This document shows, in pieces, positions 1 to 13,042 of a stretch of 64,000 nucleotides of DNA. The notes under the pieces are model-generated. The model made no database searches. It was not told the DNA's origin and saw only the letters and a program-made list of their open reading frames with translations. Origin of the DNA: Owenia fusiformis (Eukaryota); NCBI GenBank assembly GCA_903813345.2, contig CAIIXF020000001.1:1550001-1614000 (forward strand), written 5' to 3'. The translations under genes were made by a program, and so were the position numbers. The first letter of the stretch is position 1. Every line of letters starts with the position of its first letter.

Positions 1-1345
1 TCACAAGAAATATGATGAATTTCTGCCAAAAAATAATTCCCTTTAAAACGGTTGGTTGGTAAGTCTGGATCCTATGGCAGGACAATTACAATTTTGGGAC
101 GGTCCTGCCCAATTTGTTTTGTTTGCCTTTCGTTAAAACGGGTAATAACAAAATGGGTAAAATTTGAAAAAACATTGAATACGATTGACATGTAGGTATT
201 CAAGGATTCTATAAATATATAGTTTAAGGTTACATTTATAGTTGGTCTTTTATACACATGGTCGGTTTTGACCCATTTTTCTCCAACCTTTCTCTGAGGT
301 GGGACTGGTCTTTTTCTATTTGTCCAACACTGGCCCTGTATATTCACTACATACATTTTAATGTACACTCCCCTCAATAAGTTTGGCAACATTTTCCCTA
401 TACGTTTAACACATTATGTATTTTTTATTCAAATTTAAACAAATAGAGATATGAAAACATCCAGGTACACGACATTGTAATATGAATATTTATTAGGGAC
501 CACATATATCCATAGGCATAGTAAATAGCCTAAATAAGATTAATATAGGAAATATATTAATATATAAGTTGAAAAATAAAAAATAAAGTGTGACAATACT
601 GAAACTTTGTCATAACATTTTGATTGTATGTTAATAAGGGAGTTACTGTATAGCCTAATAGATAGATGTCTGCACTTGTTTTATTTGTTTTGGTGGGGTC
701 TGCCTGCCATAGGCTTTCATGGAAAAATTCATAATTTTCATTTAATTCATTATAAAAAGGTGTTGGTTGAATCTATCTAAAACTCGAATGGCATACTATC
801 TATGGGATGACATGCATAAATTGCTACTATTCATGAAAATGTTGGTCATTGAACGATGAGAATTAACGACATTTCAAAGCTAGGAAACTCATCTATGGAT
901 CGTCAATCTAAAGGACGAGTGTCTTTATACCCTATATTAGCCCCCAAGATATTTAGAATAAAGGATATCAAAGGAGGGACTTTGTTTGGTAACCAAATCC
1001 CAAAATCAGGTCATTCTGATCCTTATATTTCAAATTATAGGTCATTCTATTGACATGTAGAAAATGGCCTTTTGAAGGAAACTTCAGTCTTTTCACATCA
1101 TCATTGTCACTCTGTTACTATTTATTTTCAAAATAATTACAATTTACTGTATTTTATGACTTTTTAATTGCCTTTCTTTGTATTTTCTTACATCATAAGG
1201 AAGCACAAAGGGCAGCATTGGAAAACACATAAAATATAATAAAAAGTGTGTATCAAACTATTGAATATTGATCTTCCTTAATTCTCAGCAATAAGGATCA
1301 TTGGTCACGCCTTACTATCGACAAAGTACAGTGACAAAATATACC

Positions 1346-2274
1346 GTAGTACAATTTTGATGTACGATGTCATTTCCGCCATTTTAAATGTAGATCGCCA
1401 TTTTCTAGAATGAGGAAGCGAGGTAAGAAATAGCATTGATTTGATCAGTATTGTGTCAATTCAACACCAGGTAGTCGGTGCATTCGTTTTGTAATTAAGT
1501 TGCAAATATGCATATCTACTTGAAATGATCCTCAGCAACTTCAATATCTTGTTTTTGATTTTTTAAATTATACCAAATGTATGAATATCTATTAAATCTT
1601 CACCCATCTTAAACTGTGTAGTTTAGGGAAACATATTCACTCTTAAAAATGAATTACTTGAGTATTTCCCAAGTATTTCCCAAGTATAAAAATTACTTAA
1701 AGTTAAATACTTAGTTTTACTTCATTTTACTTAGGTTTAACTTATATTGTCATTTTGAGTTTTTTAATTGATGTAATGATGATGTAAATGAGTATTACAA
1801 TTACTACAGTAAGTATTTCAATTTCTCTCCTTGCATTAGTAAATTCACCATAAATGAATTACTTAAAAATTATTCAGTAGTTCAAGATTATTTAAGTAAT
1901 TTTTGACTTAAAATGAGTAGTACAATTTCTCAATATAAGGAAATCCAAGAAATAATTTTTAAGAGTGTTCTCATAAAAATATTCGACACTCTGGGACGTC
2001 AGGGGAGAAAATTATCAAAGGAAATGTGTAAAAAACAGTTTTCCAACCGAACAATTACATGGGTAGATTAACAACGAAATAAATCGAGCACTGCTCGAAG
2101 ATCTTTTAACGTAATTAGAAAAATAAATATCTTTGAAATCGAATACACGCGAAATCAAACATGAAATCCTTTATGCATTCCTCAAATTTATTTTTGAGAA
2201 CCTGCATCAAACCTACATCATAGTCTTTGCTTAAAATCAGTCAATAGTGACATCGTACATCGAAAGTGCACTAC
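1346..2274. mobile_element. Non-autonomous TIR element (about 0.9 kb) containing a nested MITE
   Basis: GTAGTACAATTTTGATGTACGATGTCA at about 1346 is an imperfect inverted repeat of TGACATCGTACATCGAAAGTGCACTAC at about 2248-2274; no coding capacity. Confidence 0.55.
1638..1967. mobile_element. CACTA/EnSpm-like MITE
   Basis: Ends CACTCTTAAAAAT...ATTTTTAAGAGTG, flanked by TT on both sides (possible 2-bp TSD); interior rich in TTACTT/AAGTA motifs. Confidence 0.6.
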
Positions 2275-3566
2275 TCATTCAACATGAGTGATTCTACCCA
2301 GAACACAAATGTCATTCAGGGACCATCTCAAAATACTGTTATTGACACTGATGTTACGTTTTTTTTTCATCAAGAGATTTTATTGCCATATCATACATGA
2401 GGGACCCAATCGCCAGTGGCATTATAGGTGTCCCTCAATGTAGTAATTACAATTCGTAAAACATGGTTTATACACAATTATGTAATATGAAAAAAATAGA
2501 AAAGAAAGCATCTGCATTTTAATTGGAGTGTGGGGGGCTGCTGCCTCTGCCTATAGGGTCCTGGAAACAAAGATATAGTAGTATGAGTAGGGAAAAGAGG
2601 TTCACGCCATAGTCTCCCATGGCTAAATGGCTGATCTGTACTTTCTATGTGGCACAAAGAAGACTTCATGTTGCTACAGTATAATGTAAGAGAATGAAAC
2701 AAGGGGAGAAAAGCAGTAGAGATAAGGAGTGGTATGGCTGAGGACAAAAGTAGACCAGCTTCCAACTACATGTAACTATGCGTGCTCAATAAGATATAGG
2801 CTCACCACTGATAAAAGATTGTCAATTTGTTCCTGAGTAAGTAAAGGGTGAGCAAATAAGTAAAGATTTATTTTGTCCATCTGGGTCCTGAACTGAGATT
2901 GGTTTCCAGTGATTAGTTCAATATCTCTATTAAAGAACAGGTCCATTTAACAGACTATTGGTCAACTTAGACTTTTTCCAAAAAAACTCATTCTTCTATT
3001 TACTTTCAAAAACCGATTGCAAGTTGTAGATAAACCTTTTTTTCTTGGGGTGTGCAATTTCAAAAAGTGGCATTAGTTTTCAGTTTCTTTGAAAAATTGG
3101 CACTAAGAACCCCTATCACAAGACTGTCTGAATATGGGTACACACTATGTTTACCATCAAAATAATATCAAAACTTATCATTAGATAGAATTTATTATAT
3201 GGAACATATGGCATACGAACATTCGGAGTACAACATTAAAAAAATCAAGCTATGTATGAAGTTTACCAATGCAAATCTGGAAAACATTGTCATTTTTGTT
3301 CACTTTGTTATCAAGTTTTAGCATGGTGCTCATTTCCTTTCGTTGAAAATTAAACCATCAGCCCATTCTCCCACAAAAAAAGATATTGAAACTGTATCAT
3401 GCAGAGAGTATAAAGTAGCTTCCCTGCAAATATCATTCTTGTGGGAGTTTGGGCTCACCACTAAAACTCAACTTTTGTGATGAAAATTAGGCTGACTGGT
3501 TTATGTTTTCAATATGGCTGCTAACCTGGGCAAACATGTACACTACATAACTGCATGTACAGATTA

Positions 3567-3927
3567 GGCCATTCAAAATTAATTATATGTTGGCATTCTG
3601 ATGAAGGGCCTTATATTGAAAACTACAAAACCTTTATTTATTTACAGGGTTTTATATATTATTTAATAGTGAAAATGCAATAACACATAGTGGAAAAGCA
3701 AATAACACCTCTTGATTCAGATGACCTTGTTAATGAAGATAATACTAAAGCTTATATACATGTAGTTTTTAATCAATCTTGGAACTCATTTCAATACAAT
3801 ATAATTCATGATCACAATTCCCTCTGTCATTAATATGCATTACAAGTACAGAGTACATGGGGCCATTTTGTTTTTTCTGAAAACATAGAATTTAGTGACA
3901 TTAATTATAAAATTTTTTTGAATGGCC
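3567..3927. mobile_element. MITE with GGCC termini (Zator/Harbinger-like)
   Basis: TTA-GGCCATTCAAAA...TTTTGAATGGCC-TAA terminal inverted repeat. Confidence 0.5.
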
Positions 3928-4628
3928 TAAGTGTTTTTCTAAACAGGGAATAAGTAGAAATTATTTTAAGCAATCTTTTGAGTGTCATGCCATATATACA
4001 TGATGCTGCCTTATATTTTATGATATATATTGAAATTCAAATATGGGAACTGTAAATTGGCAAATAACTTTAAAACTAAGTCTCCATACAGACATTTAAT
4101 TTCAAATTCCAATGTAGATGCCAATGGGCATCTACATTTGAAATGCCCACGTCATGGGCATTTAAATAATAATCACATCCCAACTCTTAAAACATGCTTA
4201 TATTAGGATACTGTTAGAGTCTCAAAAGGCAACAAGAACATTCATTTTTGAAACAGGAAAATTTAGTCCCCCCAAAAATTCCCATATGGGGATTTATTCT
4301 CAAGATTTTCATGTAATTGCCCGTGAGAATTTATCAAAAATATTTTTATTTCCATTCACATGTCTTGTTATCAGTCAAAATCAAAATTAAGTCAATTGCT
4401 TTCATTTCTTGTATTAGAAAACGGCAAAATTTTGACAAAAATAGCATCTTTCAAAGTTGACCTTTAAACCACCCTAATGTCAAGGTCAAATGTCTAAATT
4501 CTCAGAAATCACATTTTAAGTAATAAGTCATACTTCCTCTTCAATTCCATGTCAATATATACTTGTTTTGTAGGGGGGGTTAAAAGAGGGGTTTACCGCC
4601 ACCTGTCCTTTAAGAATTTGTTCGGTTT

Positions 4629-6405
4629 TCAATGGGCGCATTTAAAAAACAAATGGCGGAAAGTCTCAGGGGCTCCGCATTCGCAGTTTGGAGAGTCAAC
4701 AGTTGTCCAGTTGTGGGCCTTGAGTTGTGATTTGAGAATGAGATCTGATCTGGCACGATTTAGAATAATTTCTTGTTTCCTTGTGAGTTTTAAGGTCATT
4801 GTTGAAATTGTGCCTTGGAAGAGTAATTTTTTCAAGTTGTATTTGAATGATGCTATACTTGGTAATGATTTTAGCTCTCTTGGAATTTTATTCCATATAT
4901 TCATCATATTATAAACAGGTGATTTCCTTGGCATTGTAATTGGTATACTATAGTCCAGTGTATCTCGCAACATTCTATTGTTTATCTTTTTAAAAGGATG
5001 AAGTATGTCGCTAATGTATGATGGAGTATTTTGATTAAATATATTATACATTTGCTTTTTGAAATGAAAAATTCTTCTTTCATTTAGACTTGACCAGTTT
5101 AGCAAATCAAGGACTTTCTTTGCATTAGATCCTGGTAAGCAACCAGAGACAATCAATGAAGCTTGGTATTGGAGCTTGTCCAGTCTCTTTAGATTGGCCT
5201 GTGTTGCACAGTGATAGAGTATGTCACAGTAATCGAAAAGTGATTGGAGATAAGAATTGTACATGATGTTGAGCTGTTTAGATTTAAGTTTGCTTTTGAG
5301 TGGTTTCATTGGATTTAGAGCTTTTTGAATTTTGTCAACAAGATAGTTTATATGTTCAGAGCCGCTGAGTTTACTGTCAAAGTAGAAGCCTAGATGTTTA
5401 TGCTGATTATGCCTAGATATTGGCTGATCATTCAAAAAGACTTGTTCATAATTATGGGTGTTTTTCTTAGAAAAAATGACTTCTTTACTTTTTTCAGATT
5501 TGAAATCTAACTTCCAGGATTTAGACCACTGTTCAATGGTCTTCAGGTCATTTTGTAGCAGTTGATGAGATTCTCTATCATTTGGAGTACATGGGACAAA
5601 AATAGATGTATCGTCAGCGTAAATAAAACATTTTGAGGTCAGGTTGTCTGGGAGATCATTGATATAAATCAGGAAGAGCAAAGGTCCGAGGATACTTCCT
5701 TGAGGGACTGAGGTGTTTATGTAGTTGTCTGGTGATACTGAAGAGGATGATCCGTTAATAGTAACCCTAACTTTTCTATTAGTTAAATATGATTCGATAA
5801 ATTTTAAGAGATTTCCTGTGATACCATAAGATTTAAGTTTATGAATAAGCAAGTTATGCGGAACCTTGTCGAACGCAGCCGAAATGTCAAGGAAATTTGC
5901 TCTAGTGTCGAAGTTATTGCTAAAATTGGTCCATAAAAGATTTTGAATGGCTAAAAGCTGAATTTCATTACTGTGCCCTTTAAGAAAACCAGACTGGTAT
6001 TTGTAAAGTAAATTATTTTGGTCAAAGTGAGCGTACATTCGATTATAAACAACCCTTTCAAGAATTTCTGATATTATCGACAAAAGTGAAATTGGTCGGT
6101 AATTCTTGATGTCATTCTTACTTTTTTTGGTTGGAGATAGGGCAAATATCGCCCAGTTTCCATATATCTGCAAAAGTATGTTTTCCTAAAATCTTATTGA
6201 ATAAAATACAAAGTGGGACTACAATTGAATCAGGGCACATTTGGATAATTTTGATTGTGATACCATCTGGTCCACTTGCTTTGGATGGATCAAGGTTTTT
6301 TATTATTAGTAGGATTTCATTTGATTCACATTCAACTGATTCAAGTTTCAGATCACATCTGGAGGGGAATTGTGATGTTACGTTTTCCCCTGGGTCTGTA
6401 CAAGA
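4629..6405 (-). mobile_element. 5'-truncated, frameshifted CR1/L2-group LINE ORF2 (reverse transcriptase)
   Basis: Minus ORFs 6118-6534 (LDPSKASGPDGI...IWK) and 4629-6173 join by a frameshift near 6130. Motifs NYRPISLLS, FLDISAAFDKV, VPQGSILGPLLFLIYINDL, YADD, HKHLG and C-terminal CECGAPETFRHLFFKC. Boundary near 6405 is approximate. Confidence 0.9.
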
Positions 6406-9400
6406 AGCTGACACTCTTTCTACTACTCCAAGCACACCACTTGGACCGTTCACGCAAGAAACACCATCCCCGGCGCAAAACAAGGTTAGACACGCAACTC
6501 TAAAAATGCTCCAAAGACCTCCAAAATTCTTCAATCTAATGCCAAAATCAAAATAACTAAAGCCAAAACAACAAGAGGTCGTCCCTCAAAGTCTTTGCTA
6601 CCCCCTTCTCCCTCCATTGACCGCTTGGTCGAAGTGATATCTACACTGACAATAAAGATTGAGGACTTATCAACCACAACAGCTTGCCTTCAAGACAAAT
6701 TTGATATTATGGAAACCAACCTCAATGCAATTCAGGTTACCAATACTGACCTCGTATCACAACTAGCTGCGAAAACTTCCAAATGCAAGGATCTTGATGA
6801 GGAATGCATCTACCTACGTAAACAGTTAACCGATAGGAAATCTGCCATTGACAATCAATCTAAGACCCTAGTAATTGGAAGTTCGATAATTCGTGACTTT
6901 GACCATACCAAAATACGTAACACTGATGTCACCTGTATCAGAGGAAGTAAAATCAAAAACGTCCATAAAGAGATAACAGAACTCGGGGAAAAAAACAGGA
7001 CCAAAGCCCTACAATCGTGTTATTCTTCAGATTGCCAGCAACGATTCCTCCCAAATGACGCCAGTGCTGAATCAATTTGTCAAAGACTATAAGCTAATGG
7101 CAACTGGGGCAAAAAACATTTCTGATGAAATTCATGTGTCAAACATCACCCCCCTCGTACAGATAACAAACAGGCCCAAGAAGTCATCGAAGCTGTTAAT
7201 GCTGAACTGCAAGTAATGTGCGACAATGATAACCAATTTACATATATAAACAATGACACAATATTTCGTCTCCAGGATGGCTCTATAAATGACGGTTACC
7301 TTGATTCATGGGGACTGCATCTAACAAAGGCTGGCTCAAATAAACTTGCTCATAATATGAAACTAGATAAATCTCTGATCAATGACATCACTAAGCCACG
7401 CCAATTTAACCGCCCCCGTCCATCCCCTAACAACCACAATGGGTATATCCCCATCAAATGATGGATGGCAAACATAAAACACAACAATAACAGTTCATGT
7501 GACAATAGTAGTAGTACCTGTCAGTCATCCCATTCCAATGCACCGAACAAAAAGGGGAATAAGCCAGCATGTTTTAAATGTGGTGAAAGTTTCCACTTGG
7601 CAAGCTCTTGCTGGCATCCCCATTCTGTAAGGCGTTACCTGTGTAATTCTTTAGGACATAAACAAACCAAATGCCCTAAGTTCAATGTTGCAAATTCTAA
7701 CTAGATTCTTGGCTATGATATAGCCTATTACCCCCATTCCATTCTAAATGTCAGCCAAAACGCAATGTGGTAAACAAATGTCATAAAAAACATAGGCGAG
7801 GTGGTCATACGGTTAAAAAGTCGAATAAAGCAGCTGTTAAATTTGGCTATAACAATGTCCAAAGGCTTGGAATAGCCAAACAAGCAGAACTTAATAAACT
7901 TCTCACAGATAACCATTATGACCTCTTTTCCCTAGCAGAAACGTTTTTCAATGATTCCAATTCACTAATACACTTGGATAATGAGTATGTCTGGCGAGAA
8001 AAGAATAGAAAAGGCAAACTCGGTGGTGGGTTAGGTTTTTTTTCACAAAGATGTTGTTTTGCTTGACGATAATCCCTTTGATTCGAAATCTGATGATTAT
8101 GAACGGCTTTGGTTAAAACTGAAGATTATCATTGAGATGATATATGTACATGTATGTGTAGTCTATTTCCCTTGTGATGGTCGGGACATGGTCAAAACCC
8201 AGGAATTATATGATGAACTAGAGCAAAATGTAGCATCTATTAATGATGGTAATAACATCCTTATAATGGGTGACTTTAATGGTAAGATACCTGGTTTTAA
8301 AAATGATGGACATCATAGCCCAAATGGTGACCTGTTAAAACTATTTAGTGAAGTGTCAGACTTATCTATTCTTAAAGCTGGACTACGCTCTTGTTAGCCA
8401 ATGACCATTTCAGCAATCCCATTTTGTAAATATGGTTATTGATGAACATAAAGAACTCTCAGTTGGTATTGATAACAATGTCATTACTATAAATAGTAAG
8501 ATTGTCCCTGTTTTTAAAAAAAAAAAAAAAAGATTGTCCCTGTTTACAAACCTGATTCAGAGTCGATATAGATCAAATTCCCAATGAATTCTTGAAAATT
8601 TTTAAAGAAGTTCTCTCGCAGCCTATTTTAGATCTTTTTAATGCTATCAGAATGTTTGAAATAATTCCATTTGATGGGCAACAAGGTATTGTCAAACCCC
8701 TCCATAAGGAAGGTGATCCAGAAGTTTTCGATTAATTATCGTGGAATAACGATTACATCCAATATGTCTAAATTATTCTCGAATCTGTTGGAAAACCAGA
8801 TACTGGACTTTCTTCATTGTGGGATCCACAGCGTTTACTATCCTTTTGGAATAGTTCAGACTGTGGGATACTGAATGTAATAAATGTTTCCTTTAACTCT
8901 AAAATGTACTGACCAATTAAATTATTTACAGAGTTCTATTGACCATGAGTATCATGGGAAGGCATTACCTGCAGTTGCATGATTAACATAAGCAGACAAA
9001 GCCTAATGAGTGTGGCCAAACACAATTCCCTCCCAAATAATCCAAGTGTTGACATTTGCATGATAATTATTGTTTAAAATTCTAAATTGGAAAACAATAT
9101 GAAAAAGAAGTATGTCAATATTATCCTAGTTATTATCATCAATATAAAAACAAGAACCATCAAGATAAATAAGTTTTCCACAAAATGAATTCATTGAATT
9201 AAAGTTTACAAAGGGAAAACAGGACAGTGCATTCTTAGGCATTGATTTATTCCTCCATACACTGATTTACTTGGAGAATGCACTGGCTGGGAACATGTTC
9301 TGCCTCATGATATATCAGAGTCTCTCAAAAGCGTTAGGTAAAGAGGGGCTCTGATAAATCAGAATGGACTTTCTTCGTGAAAACAATCTTTTAGGTGACC

Positions 9401-11130
9401 TTCAAGGCGCATTTCAAAAAGGCAAAATATTAGAAAATCATATCTTTTCCCTTAAAGGACTATGTAGCCTTCGTAAAGATAAGAAACTCAAATCCTATTT
9501 AGCTTTTATTGACATTTCTCATGATTTGCTATTTCTAAAACTTTGGGAAAGGGGAATCCAAAGTAAAACTTGGAGGATTTTGAAATCACTATACTCTAAC
9601 ACTTCAAACAAGGTCATCTTTGGACAATATGAAACTGACTGGTTTGACTCCTCATCTGGAGTGAAGCAAGGTTGTATTTTATCCCCGACCCTTTTCTCCA
9701 TAGTAATGACAGACCTTGAAGACAGTTTAAAAATGTCCAGTTTTGGTCTGCCCTTTGAAGATAAAAAAATCCCCTGTCTTCTTTATGCCGATGACATTGT
9801 ATTAATGGGTCAATCTGAGAAAGAACTCCAGTCAATGTTAACAATCACTAATAATTTTGGACTTAAATGGGGATTTCAGTTCAGTGACAAAAAGTCTAAG
9901 ATAATGATAATAGGGAAAAGACTTGATTCGGAAAAGGTGGTCATTAGGGAATTTGAGACTGCCAGAGGTAAATTAGTACAAATATCTTGGAGTAATGTTC
10001 AATAGAAGTCTCAAAGAAAAAGCACATCTGAAATATTTATATGAAAAGGCCAGGAAAATGAAAAATTATTTAAGTTCTACTTTGACCAAACATTGTAATG
10101 TCAAGCGCATTGAATTTGGAAGTACAATTTACAACTCTATGATGGCACCTGCTATCCTGCATGGATGCCCGACCTGGGTACTCCCAAAGTCAAGCCTTGC
10201 CAAAATTACCTCATTTCAATATGGTGCTGCCCAAGCCATTTTTCAAGTTAAAAGTATACCCGCCATTGAATCTATTTTGGGGGATTTAGGCTGGAAAGCG
10301 ATAGCAGAGGTGATTGAAAAAAGACAAATTGACTATTTGAACTACCTTAATTTTAATGTACCAACTACATCCCTCCCTCATAAAATCCTACAGAATTTGC
10401 TAAAATTATTAAAAGTCGGCAAAATTTGCATCAAATGCACGGAATATTTTAAGAGATAAAGGTTTAGATGATGTCATTTTTCGGAATGACAGCGAATGGT
10501 ACCCCTCATTTTTAACTATATCTCAATCCCAAAGTATATATAATTTCCACACTAGGGTAGCCGAACACCCCTTCCTTGAAATATATAAGGAGGTTAAAAC
10601 CCATAACCGCTCCGAAAGGTACCTTAAGAATGACCTCAATTTTTATGGATCTAAAATGAAATTTCTAGCAAGATATAATAATTTCTGGCTTGAGACAAAT
10701 TATGAAAAGTGGGAAAAAAGTGATGGTATATGTATAATGTGTAATCCTAATTTGAGAGATACACTATCACGCAGATTAATGGTGTGTCCCCATTTTGCCA
10801 AAGCCAGTTCCAACTTTTACAACGATGTAGAGAAATATGTTTCTCCCATTTTAAGTAGCAGTTTATTGTCTTCGAACATTCATGATAGGTTAATTGCACT
10901 ACTTGGTGATAAGGTTTTTATAGAATGGGGGCATGACATTTTTTATATGTTTGACAAATATGTGAAGATGCTTTTAACAACACTTTTTAACCCTAGAAAA
11001 CTGTAGTATTTTATGTAAACATTTTTAGTGCTCATAAAATATATATGCAGATTACAAATACTGACGCACCTAATAATAGTGAGCCGCTGTTAAAAAAGCG
11101 TATGTAAAAATAAATAAATAAAAATAAATA
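6405..11130 (+). mobile_element. Decayed near-full-length LINE (esterase/zinc-knuckle ORF1; APE-RT ORF2; RTEX/L2-like), with (TAAA)n tail
   Basis: ORF1 pieces 6595-7704: coiled coil, SGNH-type LVIGSSIIR and GLHLTKAG, CCHC knuckles. ORF2 pieces: APE endonuclease 7767-8397 (YNNVQ, LAET, GGG, IMGDFN) and RT 8671-11006 (NYRGIT, GVKQGCILSPTLF, YADD, C-terminal Cx2C...HF). Many frameshifts and a deletion between APE and RT. Tail AAAATAAATAAATAAAAATAAAT at about 11106-11130. Confidence 0.9.
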
Positions 11131-11394
11131 TTTTGTCACTGTACCTTGTCGATGGTAAGGCGTGTTGGTATGATCAGCAAATCAACTGTCACAGTGATAA
11201 TATAAAAACACTATTCATTGACAAAACTGACACCTGCTCGGGAGGATTACATGATTGTGCAAAAATCCCCTCAATTTTGCATGTACATGTTTATGAATGT
11301 ATTGAAAGGAATTACATGTTATTACGTTGCTTAGACCCATGGTAATGATATATGCTTCTCAAGAGGTCATACTCCAGTGCAGATATACATATTA

Positions 11395-12177
11395 CCCTAC
11401 TATCACACCAAACTAGTTTTCACTACGTTCTCGAAAACGGGCTTCAACTGTGTACGAACGGACTGGACGTACTTAGAACCGTTTGGGGTCTATTACAAAC
11501 GTCATCGAACGTACTCGAACGGGTAGGTCCTCTAGAACTTAGAGCATGCTTAAAATGTTCTCGTGGTCGATACGTTCTTCAATTAGAACGCGTGACAACG
11601 TACTAACGACGAGCTGGACGTACTACGAACGGAACCGTCGAACTTCAATCCTACTAGGGACGTTTTAACAAGAGTTGAACTGTCTGAGGACGTATTGCGA
11701 ACGAGGTTGAACGTATTGCAAACGGGTTTAAACTGATTAAGAACGTATTTAAGACTTCTTATGAACGAGTTAGCAAAAGTATAGCTATCAGACCAAACAA
11801 GTTGCCACTGCGTTCTTCAAAACTGGTTTTAAACTGTGTTTGAACGGAATGAAAGTACTGCAACTTTCTAAGGTCTATTTACGAACTTCATGAACGTTCT
11901 CAGACGGGAAGGTGATTTTAGAATTGGCGACCATACCGTTCTGTAATCAGGTCATGATGACCTTCTAGACTAAGGGACGCGTTATACGACGTTGCACACC
12001 GATGTGGTGCGACCTGAACGAACTGCGAATGAGATGGACGTATTGAAGACTGTTTATGAACGAAGTAGCTAATTATTTTAGACATATTTCCCGACCACAG
12101 CCAGATTGAGCCCGTTTTAGGACGTTTTCGTAGGACTGGCAAAAACGGGTAAGAACTAGTTGTGTGTGATATGGGGG
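11395..12177. mobile_element. Non-autonomous PIF/Harbinger-like element
   Basis: TTA-CCCTACTATCACACCAAACTAGTT...AACTAGTTGTGTGTGATATGGGGG-TAA imperfect TIRs; interior packed with AACG/CGTT subrepeats. Confidence 0.6.
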
Positions 12178-13042
12178 TAAGTTCATGAAAAGATCATATG
12201 AATAAAGAAAATATACTTGAATATATAAAACACAATTGTCACAATCATTCTAAGGATTTTCAAAATGGCTGACAGCATTTTATTTCATGCAGAAAAGTTC
12301 CATATTTGCACAACGCCTGGTCCTTACCTAGATTTTTATATATCTCAAGTGGTACCTTAGAAGTACACTATTCCCTCACTACATATAACTTTCTAGGTAA
12401 GAACCAGGCGTTATATGAACATAGCAAGAGTTCATCATGACTTTCCTCTCTCAAAGAATAAGTAGGTCAACACAATTACAAACATATTTCATCCCTATTC
12501 AATGGCTATACATGAGTGTATAGAGTGACACAATTAAGCAATTGGAAATCTGCCAAGTTGGGTTTATACATTCTGGAGACTTTTTCTGAAACTGATAAAA
12601 ATTCTCATTTTCACAGGAAGTGATACATACCTCCTAAATCGACCAAAATATACGTATTTGAGTAATGTTGAATGCTTTTTATTGCTATTTCTTTAAAATA
12701 TACATATTTATCTGCAATTTGATTCTACATATCATTTTTCTAAAACTTTTAAGTGACCCCAGGGGTGTCTATAGCCATTCGTTCTTTTAGAATTTTGGGA
12801 ACATTTTTTAGCCAGTACTGTACCTTAAGACCATATCTTACCTCTCGAACTCAATTTATGTATTACGAAGTATGAAAAAATGTCCTCTTGAACATTGAAC
12901 TCATTAAAATTCATAGCTAACAGTATTAGTGAACCTTGCTTATGAGTGAGCGTGGGACGCAGCGACGATATCACTGTGGTGATTTTATAATTTCAATACG
13001 AAAAAACATATAACAATCGTAAGTGCAGTGACATTTCCGAAG

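Noticed and set aside
2358-2960. Possible 3' end of a minus-strand LINE (T-run and ORF 2478-2765)
   Set aside because: No diagnostic motif could be confirmed by eye.
6131-6556. Plus-strand ORF 6131-6556, and similar antisense ORFs over the TLR and VWA exons
   Set aside because: Shadow frames of real coding sequence or chimeras across an element junction.
12540-12625. NF-kB/IRF/ETS-like sites upstream of the TLR (GGAGACTTTTTC, GAAACTGA, CAGGAAGTG)
   Set aside because: Short degenerate matches expected by chance, and the transcription start is unknown.
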